From NCBI GenBank assembly GCA_963559865.1, contig CAUWMC010000003.1:25056-89055 (forward strand): a stretch of DNA of 64,000 bases, read 5' to 3'. The notes under the pieces were generated by a model. That model made no database searches, had not been told where the DNA came from, and saw only the letters and a program-made list of their open reading frames with translations. This stretch comes from an uncultured Helicobacter sp. Its GTDB lineage: Bacteria > Campylobacterota > Campylobacteria > Campylobacterales > Helicobacteraceae. Positions 44,714 to 55,667 of this stretch are shown here, piece by piece (the stretch's first letter is position 1; each line of letters starts with the position of its first letter). The translations under genes and the position numbers were made by a program.

Positions 44714-45076
44714 ATGTATAGCTATGATGAACCTGTATATCTTATCAGTGTTGTGGCAAAGATTCTAGAGATTCACCCACAAACTTTGCGTCAATATGAA
44801 AAAGAGGGTTTAATCCAGCCCGGACGCACCGATGGCAAAATGCGTCTCTACTCACAACGCGATATTGATAAGATTAAAACCATACTCAAGCTTACACGCG
44901 ATATGGGAGTAAATCTCGCAGGGGTGGATATTATCCTACGCTTAAAGGAACGACTTGATGAGCTTGATAAAATGGCAGGAGATTTGCGTGAGGATTTAGC
45001 CAAACATCAAGGCAAAACAAATGTTTTACAATCACATCAAAGCTCTTATGAAATTATTTTGTTTCAAAAAAAGTAA
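44714..45076 (+). CDS. hspR: Heat-shock repressor HspR (MerR family)
   Basis: YLISVVA, IHPQTLRQYEKEG and GVNLAGV motifs. Confidence 0.95.
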   Translation: MYSYDEPVYLISVVAKILEIHPQTLRQYEKEGLIQPGRTDGKMRLYSQRDIDKIKTILKLTRDMGVNLAGVDIILRLKERLDELDKMAGDLREDLAKHQGKTNVLQSHQSSYEIILFQKK

Positions 45077-45085
45077 AGTCTGCAT

Positions 45086-46315
45086 TTGCTAAATCTCGCT
45101 TCCATACTCCGCCCAGAATCTTTGCAGGACTTCATCGCCCAAGAGCATATTCTTGCCTCCAATACCCCACTTTTTAAAATGCTAAAACACAATGCTTTGT
45201 CGCATTGCTTTTTCTATGGACCGCCCGGCAGTGGCAAAACCACCCTTGCTACGCTTATTGCCAAAGAGCTGAATAAGCCTTTTGCTACTTATAACGCCAC
45301 AAGCTTTAAGATAGAAGAGCTGCGGCAATTTGTCAAAAGCTATGAAAACACATTGTTCCAGCCTATTATCTTTATTGATGAAGTTCATCGCCTCACCCGC
45401 ACACAGCAGGAGGTTTTGCTCCCTATTATGGAATCTTATAGTGCTATCATCATAGGTGCTAGCACTTACAACCCCTTTCATTCCCTGACAAATGCTATCC
45501 GCTCTCGTAGCTTCATTTTTGAGCTAAAGCCCCATTCCACAACGCATTTAGATTCTATTTTAGATAAGGCACTCACCTATTTAAAAGATAATAGAAATAT
45601 GCACATAGAGCTTGAATCTCAAGCGAGAGATTATCTCATTTCCTCAAGTGTGGGCGATGCTAGAGCTATGCTCAATCTCCTTGATGCCGCGATAAGCAGC
45701 GGAGAATCAACAATCTCTCTTCATACTCTAAAAGCCCTGCGTCCTTACGCACTCCACGATGGGGCAAGTGAAAGCCAAAGCCACTACACACTTATAAGTG
45801 CGTTAATTAAATCCATACGCGGAAGTGATGTCAATGCAAGTGTGTATTATTTAGCACGGCTTATCGCGGGAAATGAGAATCCGGAATTTATCGCGAGGCG
45901 ACTTGTGATTCTAGCAAGTGAAGATATTGGCAATGCCAACCCAAATGCGTTAAATCTCGCCACTAGCACAATGATGGCTGTTAGCAAAATCGGTTATCCT
46001 GAATCTCGCATTATCTTATCTCAATGTGTGATTTATCTCGCCTCTTCGCCCAAAAGCAACACCGCCTACAATGCCATAAATGCCGCACTTGCCTCTATCA
46101 AACAAGGCTGTGTGCTAGAAGTGCCTAAGCAGATTTTGCCTGATTCTAGCTCCTATCTCTATCCACACGATTTTGGTGGCTGGGTAGAGCAGAGCTACCT
46201 TACACAAGATTTGGATCTTGTAGAATCCACAAACAAAGGCTTTGAAAAAACGCTCAATGAATGGCTAGAAAAAATCAAAGGCATAAGCAAGAATAAAGGG
46301 GCGGAGAATGCCTAG
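45086..46315 (+). CDS. rarA: Replication-associated recombination AAA+ ATPase RarA/MgsA
   Basis: GPPGSGKTT, FIDEVHR, KSIRGSD and ASEDIGNA motifs. Confidence 0.93.
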   Translation: MLNLASILRPESLQDFIAQEHILASNTPLFKMLKHNALSHCFFYGPPGSGKTTLATLIAKELNKPFATYNATSFKIEELRQFVKSYENTLFQPIIFIDEVHRLTRTQQEVLLPIMESYSAIIIGASTYNPFHSLTNAIRSRSFIFELKPHSTTHLDSILDKALTYLKDNRNMHIELESQARDYLISSSVGDARAMLNLLDAAISSGESTISLHTLKALRPYALHDGASESQSHYTLISALIKSIRGSDVNASVYYLARLIAGNENPEFIARRLVILASEDIGNANPNALNLATSTMMAVSKIGYPESRIILSQCVIYLASSPKSNTAYNAINAALASIKQGCVLEVPKQILPDSSSYLYPHDFGGWVEQSYLTQDLDLVESTNKGFEKTLNEWLEKIKGISKNKGAENA

Positions 46316-47207
46316 ATTCACGCTTAGATTCACACTCATTGTCTTATATATGCTGTGTGCTATGCCTTATGCTTTTGGAGCGGGTATTGATGTCAATCCC
46401 GATAAACGCGGTTGGCATATCGAGCTAAAGCGTATCTCAACAAATCTTAGCTCCACTACCATTAGCGGGCAAGATGAGTATGTGAAGTTTTCAGATAGCC
46501 GTATTAAGGGTGATTCACAGCTTATTGCACAAGGACATTTTGATTTGGGACTTGACTTTTACGCACCGCGTTATATTGTGTTTAACTCCACTCTTGCAGA
46601 GTATGGACGCACAATCCTTGTAAGAGAAAATGAAAAAATCAGCAACACCACACTAGATAGAATCTTAATATCCACAGACTATACACACAGAATCTGGTAT
46701 ATCCCCACATTTGCCGGAGGCTTTGAAATTGGTCCATCTATCAAGGCAAACTATCAAACCGGCTTTGAAAACAAACGGCAAATTACGCGGTTGAATGCTG
46801 GAATCAAGCTCTTTGATGGGGTGTATATCAAAGATTTACATCTTAATGCCTTTAGTGAAAAGGACTTTGCCCTAAAAACAGAATCTGAAAACTACGGCTG
46901 GGAGGGTGGCATCAAGCTTGAATATAAATTTCAACAAGGCTCAAAGTTTTATTGCTTTACAAGCTTCCGCCATTACCTTTATAGCTCCGCTCCAAAAGAA
47001 TACAATCCACTCTATCAGCTAGAGGTGGAAGTCCGTTTAGATACAAAATTTTACAAAAGATTAGCCATTGCTCCATTTGTGAAGTATTATGCCCTGCAAG
47101 GACGCAATATCCCAACAAAAGGCGATAGCCTTCTACTTGGATTCTCACTCTCATTTGGGCATATTTTCCTTGATGCAACAAAAAAGCAGGAACTAGCCCC
47201 GCTATAA
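46308..47207 (+). CDS. Putative outer-membrane beta-barrel protein
   Basis: Signal peptide and many amphipathic beta strands; start overlaps the rarA stop. Confidence 0.55.
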   Translation: MPRFTLRFTLIVLYMLCAMPYAFGAGIDVNPDKRGWHIELKRISTNLSSTTISGQDEYVKFSDSRIKGDSQLIAQGHFDLGLDFYAPRYIVFNSTLAEYGRTILVRENEKISNTTLDRILISTDYTHRIWYIPTFAGGFEIGPSIKANYQTGFENKRQITRLNAGIKLFDGVYIKDLHLNAFSEKDFALKTESENYGWEGGIKLEYKFQQGSKFYCFTSFRHYLYSSAPKEYNPLYQLEVEVRLDTKFYKRLAIAPFVKYYALQGRNIPTKGDSLLLGFSLSFGHIFLDATKKQELAPL

Positions 47208-47270
47208 AGCTTAAATTTACAAGAAAACTACAATGGCATAAAACAAAGCACGATAGGAAAGCTTAAAATG

Positions 47271-47284
47271 TTTTTTTTTTTTTT
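47271..47284. repeat. T14 homopolymer in a convergent intergenic region
   Basis: 14 consecutive T followed by gTAAAAT. Confidence 0.8.
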
Positions 47285-47479
47285 GTAAAATCCCAGAAAC
47301 TCTACAATCTAACATATTGTATAGAATCTTATGGGCTTGTAGATTTATATTGTATAGATTGCAAAAGTCTTTTAGATTCTAAATCCTAACACCTATTACC
47401 GCTATTTGTCTTAAAGCAAGGCAAAATGGAAAGAAAAATGCTAAAAAATGATAACTATCTTGATGATAAAATTTAAAAT

Positions 47480-48811
47480 CTACAACCCATATCTAGCGAT
47501 TTTATGACGCAAAACCTCTATATTCATACCAAGCATATCACTTGCTTTTTGTAAATCATTTTGAGATTGCAAAAGCGTTTGGGCGATAAGCTGTTTTTCT
47601 AGCTCACTTATGCCCTGCTTTGGTGAAGTGCCTCCACCAAAGGCTTGATTGCGAGATTCTAAACACAAATCCTTTGGGCTTATCTCTTCACTTTCACTTA
47701 AAATCCCAGCCCGCTCCACGACTGAAAGCAACTCTCGCACATTACCATACCATTCATACGAGAGCAACGCCTCTTTTGCCTCTTTGGAAAATCTCTTTTG
47801 CCCTAAATCATATTGCACGCACACAGATTCTAGCTTCCACTCACTTAGAGGCAAAATCTCCTCTTTTCTTTCTTTGAGTGGAGGGACAGGCAAAGGAATG
47901 GTCTGCAAACGGAAAAATAAATCTTCCCTAAACTCATTTTTGGCAATTTTAGCCTGAATATTGGCATTTGTCGCGGAAATAAAACGCACATCAATTTTAA
48001 TGGGCTTTGAGCTTCCTAAGCGTGTAACACTCTTTTCTTGCAAAACACGCAAAAGCTTAGCTTGAAGAGCTAAAGGCATTTCGCCAATCTCATCTAAAAA
48101 CACACTTCCACCATTAGCGTCTTCTAAAATACCCGGTTTTGGGCTTGTAGCGTCTGTAAAAGCTCCTTTTTCATAGCCAAAAAGTTCGGATTCTAATAAA
48201 TGCTCGGGGATTGCTGCCATATTAATGGCGATAAATGGTGCATTAGCACGAGATGAATTTTTATGAATGAAGTTTGCAAACACATCTTTACCAACCCCGC
48301 TTTGCCCCAAAATCAGCACACTTGCATCTGTTTTAGCCACTTTAAGTGCAATATTTTTTGCTTCCTCTAATTTTGGAGAAGTGGATATAAAGTCTTTAGT
48401 AAGATTCTGTGATTTATGAGAATGCGTAGAATCTTGAGCTTTTGTGGGGCTTTGCGTGATTGTATGGACGCGGTGGCTTCGCTCTATGGCTTCAATGAGT
48501 GCTTCTATCTCAAAACCTTTCACAAGAAAGTCTTTCACGCCCAAGCGGATAGACTTAATCGCATTTTGCACGGAGGCATTACCTGTGATGACAATGGCTT
48601 CATATCGCCCATTTAGCTCTTGTAAAAAGCTTAATCCGTCCATTTGAGGCATATTGATATCAGTAATCACAAGATGAAAACTATCATCAAGCTTTTTTAG
48701 AGCATCTTTTGGATTCTTAAAGCTTACAATTTCATACTGCGAGTAGTCTTCAAACGCCGTTTCAAGCGACTTTCTATAATTAATATCATCTTCTATAATG
48801 GCAATTTTCAT
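47480..48811 (-). CDS. flgR: Sigma54-dependent flagellar response regulator FlgR
   Basis: Receiver domain (TDINMP), GQSGVGKD, ESELFGYEKGAFTDA and DLFFRL motifs; downstream of gyrA-hyp as in H. pylori. Confidence 0.92.
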   Translation of the reverse strand: MKIAIIEDDINYRKSLETAFEDYSQYEIVSFKNPKDALKKLDDSFHLVITDINMPQMDGLSFLQELNGRYEAIVITGNASVQNAIKSIRLGVKDFLVKGFEIEALIEAIERSHRVHTITQSPTKAQDSTHSHKSQNLTKDFISTSPKLEEAKNIALKVAKTDASVLILGQSGVGKDVFANFIHKNSSRANAPFIAINMAAIPEHLLESELFGYEKGAFTDATSPKPGILEDANGGSVFLDEIGEMPLALQAKLLRVLQEKSVTRLGSSKPIKIDVRFISATNANIQAKIAKNEFREDLFFRLQTIPLPVPPLKERKEEILPLSEWKLESVCVQYDLGQKRFSKEAKEALLSYEWYGNVRELLSVVERAGILSESEEISPKDLCLESRNQAFGGGTSPKQGISELEKQLIAQTLLQSQNDLQKASDMLGMNIEVLRHKIARYGL

Positions 48812-49281
48812 CTCTCCCCCTTGGCTAAAATATACATTACAATGCTTTTATCAACAAGCTTTGCTCTAACTCTTGTGGGAGCTATCTCAAGGCTTACTCT
48901 TGAGCTTATGGCGTTATTTCTACCTTTTGTGCTTTCACGCACATTGACTTCGTGCGTATATAAACACTCAAGCACCTGCTCCTTTTCTTGCTTCAAAATA
49001 GATGAGATAAAATAGGGCATATCGTCCATAATAAGATACCTACTCGCATCAATCTCGCATTCTTTTGTGATATGATACCCGCTCTTTTCCTGCATTACTT
49101 GCGACACGCGGTAACGCTCACGCTGAGCTAGATTGTCTTGACTAACAATCTTGTATGAGATAAGCAGCTCAACTTCAACTCCATCAAACCGCTCATCATA
49201 AGGGAGCAAATCAAGCTTGTTTGCCCCAAATGCACAAAGCCAAGTGCCAAGCATAAACCACGCTACAAGTTTATAACGCAT
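48808..49281 (-). CDS. Conserved hypothetical exported protein (HP0702-like position)
   Basis: Signal-like N-terminus; lies between gyrA and flgR with an ATGA overlap. Confidence 0.65.
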   Translation of the reverse strand: MRYKLVAWFMLGTWLCAFGANKLDLLPYDERFDGVEVELLISYKIVSQDNLAQRERYRVSQVMQEKSGYHITKECEIDASRYLIMDDMPYFISSILKQEKEQVLECLYTHEVNVRESTKGRNNAISSRVSLEIAPTRVRAKLVDKSIVMYILAKGER

Positions 49282-49300
49282 AGAATCTCCTATTCTTGCA

Positions 49301-51778
49301 CTAATCTTCTTGTGTCAATCCCTCTTGTTCTTCTTCATCTTCTTTTGGCTCTTTGGGGCAAACATTGGCATAAGCTACCTTATCATTGCCAACATTGACA
49401 ATTTTCACGCCACTTGTATTACGCCCTGCTTCGCGTATAGCTTCAGTATCTACGCGTATCATTTTCCCCGAGCTTGTAAGCACCATCAAATCCATATTTT
49501 CATCATTAATATTCACTACACTTACAAGCTTACCTGTTTTTGGTGTAAGCTTCATTACAATCACACCCTTGCCCGCACGGCTTTGGAGACGATACTCTCC
49601 TGCTAGTGTTTGCTTGCCAATACCTTGCTCACTCACGGTCAAGAGCTTATCTGTATCACTTGTGATTGTTGTCGCAGCAATGACACAATCTTCACTTGCT
49701 TTAAACTTAATACCCGTTACCCCTCGGCTCACACGCCCAATCTCGCGTAGCTCATCAATGCCAAAGCGGATACACATACCTTGGAAAGTAGCGATAAACA
49801 ACTCTTTGACAGCAGAATCCACAATATGTGCCGTTACAAGCTCATCGTTCTCATCAAGGTTAATCGCCCTTACACCCACGCTGCGAATATTACTATATTC
49901 TTTAAGATTTGTGCGTTTCACAATACCATTTTTGGTAAAGAATACAAGCGATTTATCATCGTTAAAATCAGTCGTTGTGATAGTTGCCATAATCTTTTCA
50001 TCAGGGGAAAGATTAATAAGATTTACAACTGCCTTACCAATAGCTGTGCGTCCTGCTTCTGGAATCTTATAGACTTTGAGCCAATAGAGCTGTCCTTTGT
50101 TGGTAACAAACATAATCGTATCGTGCGTATTTGCCACAAAGAAAGATTCAATAAAGTCATCTTCGTGCGTATTTCCGCTAATCTTACCCTTGCCACCGCG
50201 GTTTTGCTTCTCATAAGTTTTAAGCAACACTCGCTTAACATAGCCACGATGACTCATTGTTACCACAACTTTTTCATTTGGGATTAAATCCTCTATATCA
50301 ATGCTGTCATAATCCTCTTCAATTTGTGTCTTACGCTTTGAGCTAAACTTTTCTTTTATCTCCAATAGCTCATCTTTAACAATACTCTTAAGCTTTTCTT
50401 CACTTCTAAGAATAGATTCTAAATACGCAATTTGCTCTTGCAGCTCGGCATATTCAGCATTAATCTTGTCTCGCTCCAACCCTGTAAGGCGTTGCAAACG
50501 CATCTCAAGAATAGCTTTAGCTTGCAATTCACTGAGCTTAAATCTCTCTACCAAAGCATTTTTTGCTTCTTCTGAATCTTTTGATGAACGAATAATGCGG
50601 ATAATCTCATCAATATTATCAAGTGCGATGATTAAACCCTCCAAAATATGCGCTCTAGCCTTAGCCTTTTCAAGCTCAAAAATGCTTCTACGGATAATAA
50701 TAGTCTTACGATGAGAGATGAAAATCTGCAATAGCTCAAGGAGATTAAAAATTTTTGGCTCTTTATTATTAATCGCAAGAAGGATAATTCCAAAGGTGCT
50801 TTCCATCGTTGTGGATTTAAAAAGATGATTCAGCACTATCTCACTCATCGCATCGCGTTTTAGCTCAATAACTACACGAATCCCTTCCCTATCGCTTTCA
50901 TCTCGCACTTCTGCAATGCCCTCAATAATTTTCTCTCTAGCAAGTTCGGATATTTGCTCCACAAGCTTGGCTTTATTCACCTGATAGGGCACTTCATCAA
51001 CAACAATCACATCTTTGGTTTTTGTTTTTTCAATATGCACTTTAGCGCGCACACGGATTCTACCTCGCCCCGTGCGATAAGCCTCTAAGATTCCCGCCTT
51101 GCCATAGATAATACCACCTGTTGGAAAGTCTGGTCCTTGAACAATATCAAGCACATCATCAACATTTTGCGTGTTGTTATCAATCACAAAAATGAGTGCA
51201 TCAATAATCTCATCAATGCGGTGTGGTGGGATAGAAGTCGCCATACCCACAGCAATACCGCTTGAGCCATTTACAAGCAAATTTGGGATTCTACTAGGTA
51301 GGACATCTGGCTCACTTAGCGTGTTGTCATAGTTTGGCACAAACTCCACCGTGTCTTTATCAATATCGCGTAGCATTTCTTCACTCGCACTTGTCATACG
51401 CGCTTCTGTATAACGCATAGCCGCCGCACCATCGCCATCAATAGAGCCAAAGTTCCCCTGCCCATCTACAAGCTCAAGTCGCATAGAAAAGTCCTGTGCC
51501 ATACGCACAAGCGCATCATACACAGCCATATCGCCGTGCGGGTGGTATTTACCAATCACATCACCCACAATTCTCGCACTTTTCTTATAAGGGCGGCGGG
51601 GGGATAGGCTTAGCTCATTCATTGCATACAAGATTCTTCTATGCACCGGTTTAAGCCCATCTTTAGCATCTGGTAAGGCTCTCCCCACAATAACGCTCAT
51701 TGAATAATCAAGATAACTCTCTTTAATAGAATCATCAATCTTTACTTCTATGCTTTTATCTTCTAGTAAGCTATCCAT
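49301..51778 (-). CDS. gyrA: DNA gyrase subunit A
   Basis: [22 protein letters not shown] and QNRGGKG (GyrA box). Confidence 0.98.
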   Translation of the reverse strand: MDSLLEDKSIEVKIDDSIKESYLDYSMSVIVGRALPDAKDGLKPVHRRILYAMNELSLSPRRPYKKSARIVGDVIGKYHPHGDMAVYDALVRMAQDFSMRLELVDGQGNFGSIDGDGAAAMRYTEARMTSASEEMLRDIDKDTVEFVPNYDNTLSEPDVLPSRIPNLLVNGSSGIAVGMATSIPPHRIDEIIDALIFVIDNNTQNVDDVLDIVQGPDFPTGGIIYGKAGILEAYRTGRGRIRVRAKVHIEKTKTKDVIVVDEVPYQVNKAKLVEQISELAREKIIEGIAEVRDESDREGIRVVIELKRDAMSEIVLNHLFKSTTMESTFGIILLAINNKEPKIFNLLELLQIFISHRKTIIIRRSIFELEKAKARAHILEGLIIALDNIDEIIRIIRSSKDSEEAKNALVERFKLSELQAKAILEMRLQRLTGLERDKINAEYAELQEQIAYLESILRSEEKLKSIVKDELLEIKEKFSSKRKTQIEEDYDSIDIEDLIPNEKVVVTMSHRGYVKRVLLKTYEKQNRGGKGKISGNTHEDDFIESFFVANTHDTIMFVTNKGQLYWLKVYKIPEAGRTAIGKAVVNLINLSPDEKIMATITTTDFNDDKSLVFFTKNGIVKRTNLKEYSNIRSVGVRAINLDENDELVTAHIVDSAVKELFIATFQGMCIRFGIDELREIGRVSRGVTGIKFKASEDCVIAATTITSDTDKLLTVSEQGIGKQTLAGEYRLQSRAGKGVIVMKLTPKTGKLVSVVNINDENMDLMVLTSSGKMIRVDTEAIREAGRNTSGVKIVNVGNDKVAYANVCPKEPKEDEEEQEGLTQED

Positions 51779-51898
51779 TCTCTCTCCAAAATGATTTTTT
51801 AAGGCAGGATTCTAGCCCAAATTGACTAAAAATAGGCTTACTTCTAAGCAAAAAGGATTATAATAGCCCCTTATTATTTCTCTCCCAAAGGTCTTACA

Positions 51899-52510
51899 AT
51901 GGATAGTATAGAAAAAATCATTCTTCTTTGCCTTATGGGCTTTTTTGGTGCAATCACACCCGGACCCGATATTTTACTCACGCTCAAAACAACCTTGCGT
52001 TGTGGAATCTTGCAAGGATTCAAGGTGCTTTTTGGCATAGCAAGTGGGTGGTTTGTGTATTTGGGAATTATTTATGTGGGTTTAAGCCATTGGCTCAATA
52101 CGCCCATTACACAGCTTATACTTAGCTTTTTGGGTGGAGGCTATTTGCTCTATCTTGCTTTTGCTATGCTCAATGCCACGCCCTACACGCTAGATTCTAC
52201 ACACAATGCTAGAAAAGATGGATTCTTACAGGGCTTAATACTCAATATCTCTAATCCCAAAGCTATTTTATTTTTTGTCTTTTTGGTTACACCCTTTGTT
52301 GATGAAGACATTAAACTTGGGCTTGTAGCATTGTGGTGTTCACTTTTTATGGCTTTTGTCTTTGTGATTTTGAGTGCAAATATAGCAAGAAGTTACATTA
52401 ATGCAAAAACTTTTTATGTGATTGATAGAATCTGTGGAATCTTATTTGCCATTTTTGCGTGGCTTTTATGTTTTGAATGTGGGGAGCTTGTTGCTACATT
52501 ATTGTCTTAG
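51899..52510 (+). CDS. LysE/RhtB family exporter
   Basis: ITPGPD and LNISNPKA motifs; six hydrophobic segments. Confidence 0.9.
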   Translation: MDSIEKIILLCLMGFFGAITPGPDILLTLKTTLRCGILQGFKVLFGIASGWFVYLGIIYVGLSHWLNTPITQLILSFLGGGYLLYLAFAMLNATPYTLDSTHNARKDGFLQGLILNISNPKAILFFVFLVTPFVDEDIKLGLVALWCSLFMAFVFVILSANIARSYINAKTFYVIDRICGILFAIFAWLLCFECGELVATLLS

Positions 52511-52527
52511 CCTTTTAAAGCTAGATT

Positions 52528-53373
52528 CTACCATAAACGCAATTCTGTATTTGTCTTTTTATACAGGCTATCACTCTTCCCATCAAGGTCATATTCCACT
52601 GCAAAGCCATATTTTATATCCGCCACACCTGATTTTTTAATACGGATATTCTCATAAGTATCCGTTGGGATTTTTAGACTGCCCACGGACGCATTTGAAC
52701 GCGGTGGAATCTTCTTATTCACTTCAGTTTCACTGATTAAATCTCCATTAATATACAATGCAACATAACTGATAGTAGCAAACTTATCACTTGCATTATT
52801 AATACTAATATTGACACTTCCTTGCCCAAGATTAAATGAAGAAGCATTGAGCGTGATGTCAGAGTTTTTAATACTCACAGCAGGCAAGGAGCGAGTAGCC
52901 AAAATATAACGCGCTGGTGTATCACCTTTGTGATTTTCCGCATACATATCCGCACCACGAGAAAGCAAAAGACTTATCATTTCAGGATTCTTTCTCATCA
53001 CCGCATAGTGCAAAGGCGTATTTCCCAAATGCTCATCAGCCACCTTAACCTTCGCCCCTTTATCAATCAATGCCTTAGCAAATTTAAGATTATTCAAAGC
53101 TACCACCTTAAGTAATGGCGTCTCGCCGTGAGAGACTGCATTCACATCAGCACCGCGTTCAATCAAAAGATACAAAATCTCCAAATTACCCTTTCTTGCC
53201 GCATCATAAAGTGGGGTGCTACCACGCAGTCTTGCTTCAATATCAGCCCCAAGATTTATGCCCTTACGCACCTCTGTATAATTATTGCTAAAAAGCAGAT
53301 AATTATATCTATCATTTGCCCCATAGCAACTCATACTTAAAATAAAGCCTAATAGTATAAAATAGATTCTCAT
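52528..53373 (-). CDS. Exported ankyrin-repeat protein with a beta-rich C-terminal domain
   Basis: Signal peptide and three G-x-TPL ankyrin units (GSTPLYDAA, GETPLLKVV, GNTPLHYAV). Confidence 0.88.
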   Translation of the reverse strand: MRIYFILLGFILSMSCYGANDRYNYLLFSNNYTEVRKGINLGADIEARLRGSTPLYDAARKGNLEILYLLIERGADVNAVSHGETPLLKVVALNNLKFAKALIDKGAKVKVADEHLGNTPLHYAVMRKNPEMISLLLSRGADMYAENHKGDTPARYILATRSLPAVSIKNSDITLNASSFNLGQGSVNISINNASDKFATISYVALYINGDLISETEVNKKIPPRSNASVGSLKIPTDTYENIRIKKSGVADIKYGFAVEYDLDGKSDSLYKKTNTELRLW

Positions 53374-53388
53374 TGTTTGCTCCTTTGC

Positions 53389-53883
53389 CTACTTGGCTAG
53401 ATTTAAATGCTTTTTACTTAAAGTTTTCATTCTTTGGTATATAGAATCAAAATCCATTCCATAAGTGCGAGTATCAGCAATACTTGTTATAAAATTTGTA
53501 TCGCCAATATATCGTGGCACAAAGTGCATATGTAAATGCTCGGGGATTCCAGCTCCGGCGGCTTTTTTGATATTTATCCCCATATTCACCCCTTGTGCGC
53601 CATACTCATAGAGCATAGCCATCGCCTTGTGTGAAAGCGTATGGAGATGAAGCCATACTTCAAGTGGCAATTTCTCTGGAGAATCGCAATGCGCCAAAGG
53701 CAGGAGCATAAAATGTCCGGGCGTGTAGGGATAAAGATTCATAACGCCAAATGCAAAATCATCACGATAAATCACGCGATTTTGTTCATCATCTTGTGGA
53801 TTTTTAGCAATTTGACAAAATACACACCCATCAATGCAAGAGCCAAAATATTCACTCCTCCAAGGTGCGTAGATTCTCTGCAT
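53389..53883 (-). CDS. HIT family hydrolase
   Basis: YAPWR, CVFC, NLYPYTPGH and HLHMH histidine triad; start placed at ATG 53883 (GAGG RBS). Confidence 0.92.
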   Translation of the reverse strand: MQRIYAPWRSEYFGSCIDGCVFCQIAKNPQDDEQNRVIYRDDFAFGVMNLYPYTPGHFMLLPLAHCDSPEKLPLEVWLHLHTLSHKAMAMLYEYGAQGVNMGINIKKAAGAGIPEHLHMHFVPRYIGDTNFITSIADTRTYGMDFDSIYQRMKTLSKKHLNLAK

Positions 53884-53891
53884 TCTAATCC

Positions 53892-55370
53892 TCAAATATA
53901 ACTTGGTGCATCATTACTAAATAGCACTAAATCGTGTGGTTGAGAGCAGGATTTAAGCATATCTTCAAGCATAGATTTATCTTTGATAAGAATTTTTTGC
54001 GTGTTGTGAATATTATCAGCAAGCGTTCTAGCATTCAACTCTCCCGTGATAATGGCAATATCAAAGACTTCATCAATAGCTTGTGCAAGTTCAATATTTG
54101 CCTCTTTGGTGCTTTCTACAATACCCGGTGTTACAATAATCCTGCGTCCATTATAAAGCGAAGAGAGACGAATAGCCTCTTTCATACCTTTAAGATTCCC
54201 ATTAAAACCATCATCAATAATGAGCTTTTGATTTGTCTCAATCTTATTCAGCCGATGCGGAATTGGCTCAATTCTCCTAACCGCCTTTTGAATCTCCTCC
54301 ACCCTTAGCCCAAGCTCAATCCCCATATAAATCGCCGCACTAAGATTGACAACATTGAACTGCCCTAGCACCATTGTTTCAAAGCGATGCCACTCATTCT
54401 TAATAAATAACTCAAAGCTTGTGCCATCAAGAGTTGCCTCGACATTCCGCACATTTTCAGGAAAATATGTGATTTTTTTAGCAAGGGAGTTTTCAAGATT
54501 CTGCGGTTTTGGGTTATCCTTAAATACAAAAGCTTTTTTAAGCCTTTTACTTTGCAATAGCTCAAATTTTGTCTCAACAATATTTTCTAAACTTTTAAAG
54601 TATTCCAAATGCTGCTCACCAACCTCGCCGACAACTGCATAATGTGGATTAATAAACTCACTAATCAAAGCAATATCGCCTTTCAAACGCGCCCCAGCTT
54701 CAGCAATATAAATCTCTGTGGTGTAATCAAGATTATTATTAATATCCGCTACAATGCCCGTGTGCGTATTGACACTACGCGGTGTAGCATAGACACGATA
54801 CTTTTCTTTTAGAATCTGGGTGAGAAAGTTTTTCATACTTGTTTTGCCATAGCTCCCTGTTACGCCAATAACAATAAGACGCGACATAATATCAAGCTTT
54901 TCTTTTGCAAGAGCGATGTAACGATTAAGTAAGACATTTTCATATATTTTTGAAATCACGCTCGCAAAAATTAAAGGCATTAAATCAAGCAATCCACTCT
55001 CAATATCAAGCACATAGCACAAAGATTCATTCAAAGTCATAAAAATAAAAAAGATTACAAAAAACTTCACCACACGAGGCGTGAAGTTTAACCTCTTATC
55101 AAGCTTAATCGCCCAAACCACAAGAGAGATAAAATACACTAGGCTCAAGCTCACAAGGATATAATCACCAAAAGGGCTAGGCACAAAGAATCCGCCAACA
55201 TAAATTAACAAAGGAATAATAAAATAATACAAATGCCAAGAGCGTTTATGATGCATAAACAACACTCTTTTAAAACTATAATTATACCATTGCAAATTTG
55301 TCATTCCATAATATGCTAGACACAGCACAAACACCCATTGTGCTATTGTATCAATGATGTGCATATCCAT
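53892..55370 (-). CDS. murF: Mur ligase with N-terminal membrane domain (MurF-like, HP0740 type)
   Basis: GVTGSYGKTS, EAGAR, IDDGFNGN and IVTPG motifs. Confidence 0.8.
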   Translation of the reverse strand: MDMHIIDTIAQWVFVLCLAYYGMTNLQWYNYSFKRVLFMHHKRSWHLYYFIIPLLIYVGGFFVPSPFGDYILVSLSLVYFISLVVWAIKLDKRLNFTPRVVKFFVIFFIFMTLNESLCYVLDIESGLLDLMPLIFASVISKIYENVLLNRYIALAKEKLDIMSRLIVIGVTGSYGKTSMKNFLTQILKEKYRVYATPRSVNTHTGIVADINNNLDYTTEIYIAEAGARLKGDIALISEFINPHYAVVGEVGEQHLEYFKSLENIVETKFELLQSKRLKKAFVFKDNPKPQNLENSLAKKITYFPENVRNVEATLDGTSFELFIKNEWHRFETMVLGQFNVVNLSAAIYMGIELGLRVEEIQKAVRRIEPIPHRLNKIETNQKLIIDDGFNGNLKGMKEAIRLSSLYNGRRIIVTPGIVESTKEANIELAQAIDEVFDIAIITGELNARTLADNIHNTQKILIKDKSMLEDMLKSCSQPHDLVLFSNDAPSYI

Positions 55371-55379
55371 ATTTACTCC

Positions 55380-55667
55380 TTATCTTAGAATCTCAAAGCC
55401 ATCAAATTCTGCCTTAGCAACATCACAAGATTCTATATGCGACACCTCACTTTTGATTGTGCCAACTTCTAGAATCTTGTGCAGTTTTTGCAAATGCTCC
55501 TCATCTCCTTGAGCAACAACACGCACACTGCCATCAGCAAGATTGCATACATAGCCACTTATTTTTATTCCCTCTTCATTGATGGCATCAACCTTTGCCT
55601 TTACAAAACGGCGAAATCCCACGCCCTGCACCTTGCCAAAAACTAAAAATTGCCTACTTATTTTCAC
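55380..55667 (-). CDS. acyP: Acylphosphatase
   Basis: GKVQGVGFR and GYVCNLADGSV motifs; GTG start with AGGAG RBS inside the upstream gene end. Confidence 0.9.
   Translation of the reverse strand: MKISRQFLVFGKVQGVGFRRFVKAKVDAINEEGIKISGYVCNLADGSVRVVAQGDEEHLQKLHKILEVGTIKSEVSHIESCDVAKAEFDGFEILR

Noticed and set aside
49386-50287. Long plus-strand ORFs (228 and 168 aa) antisense to gyrA
   Set aside because: Shadow frames of a conserved gene, with no RBS or recognisable domain.
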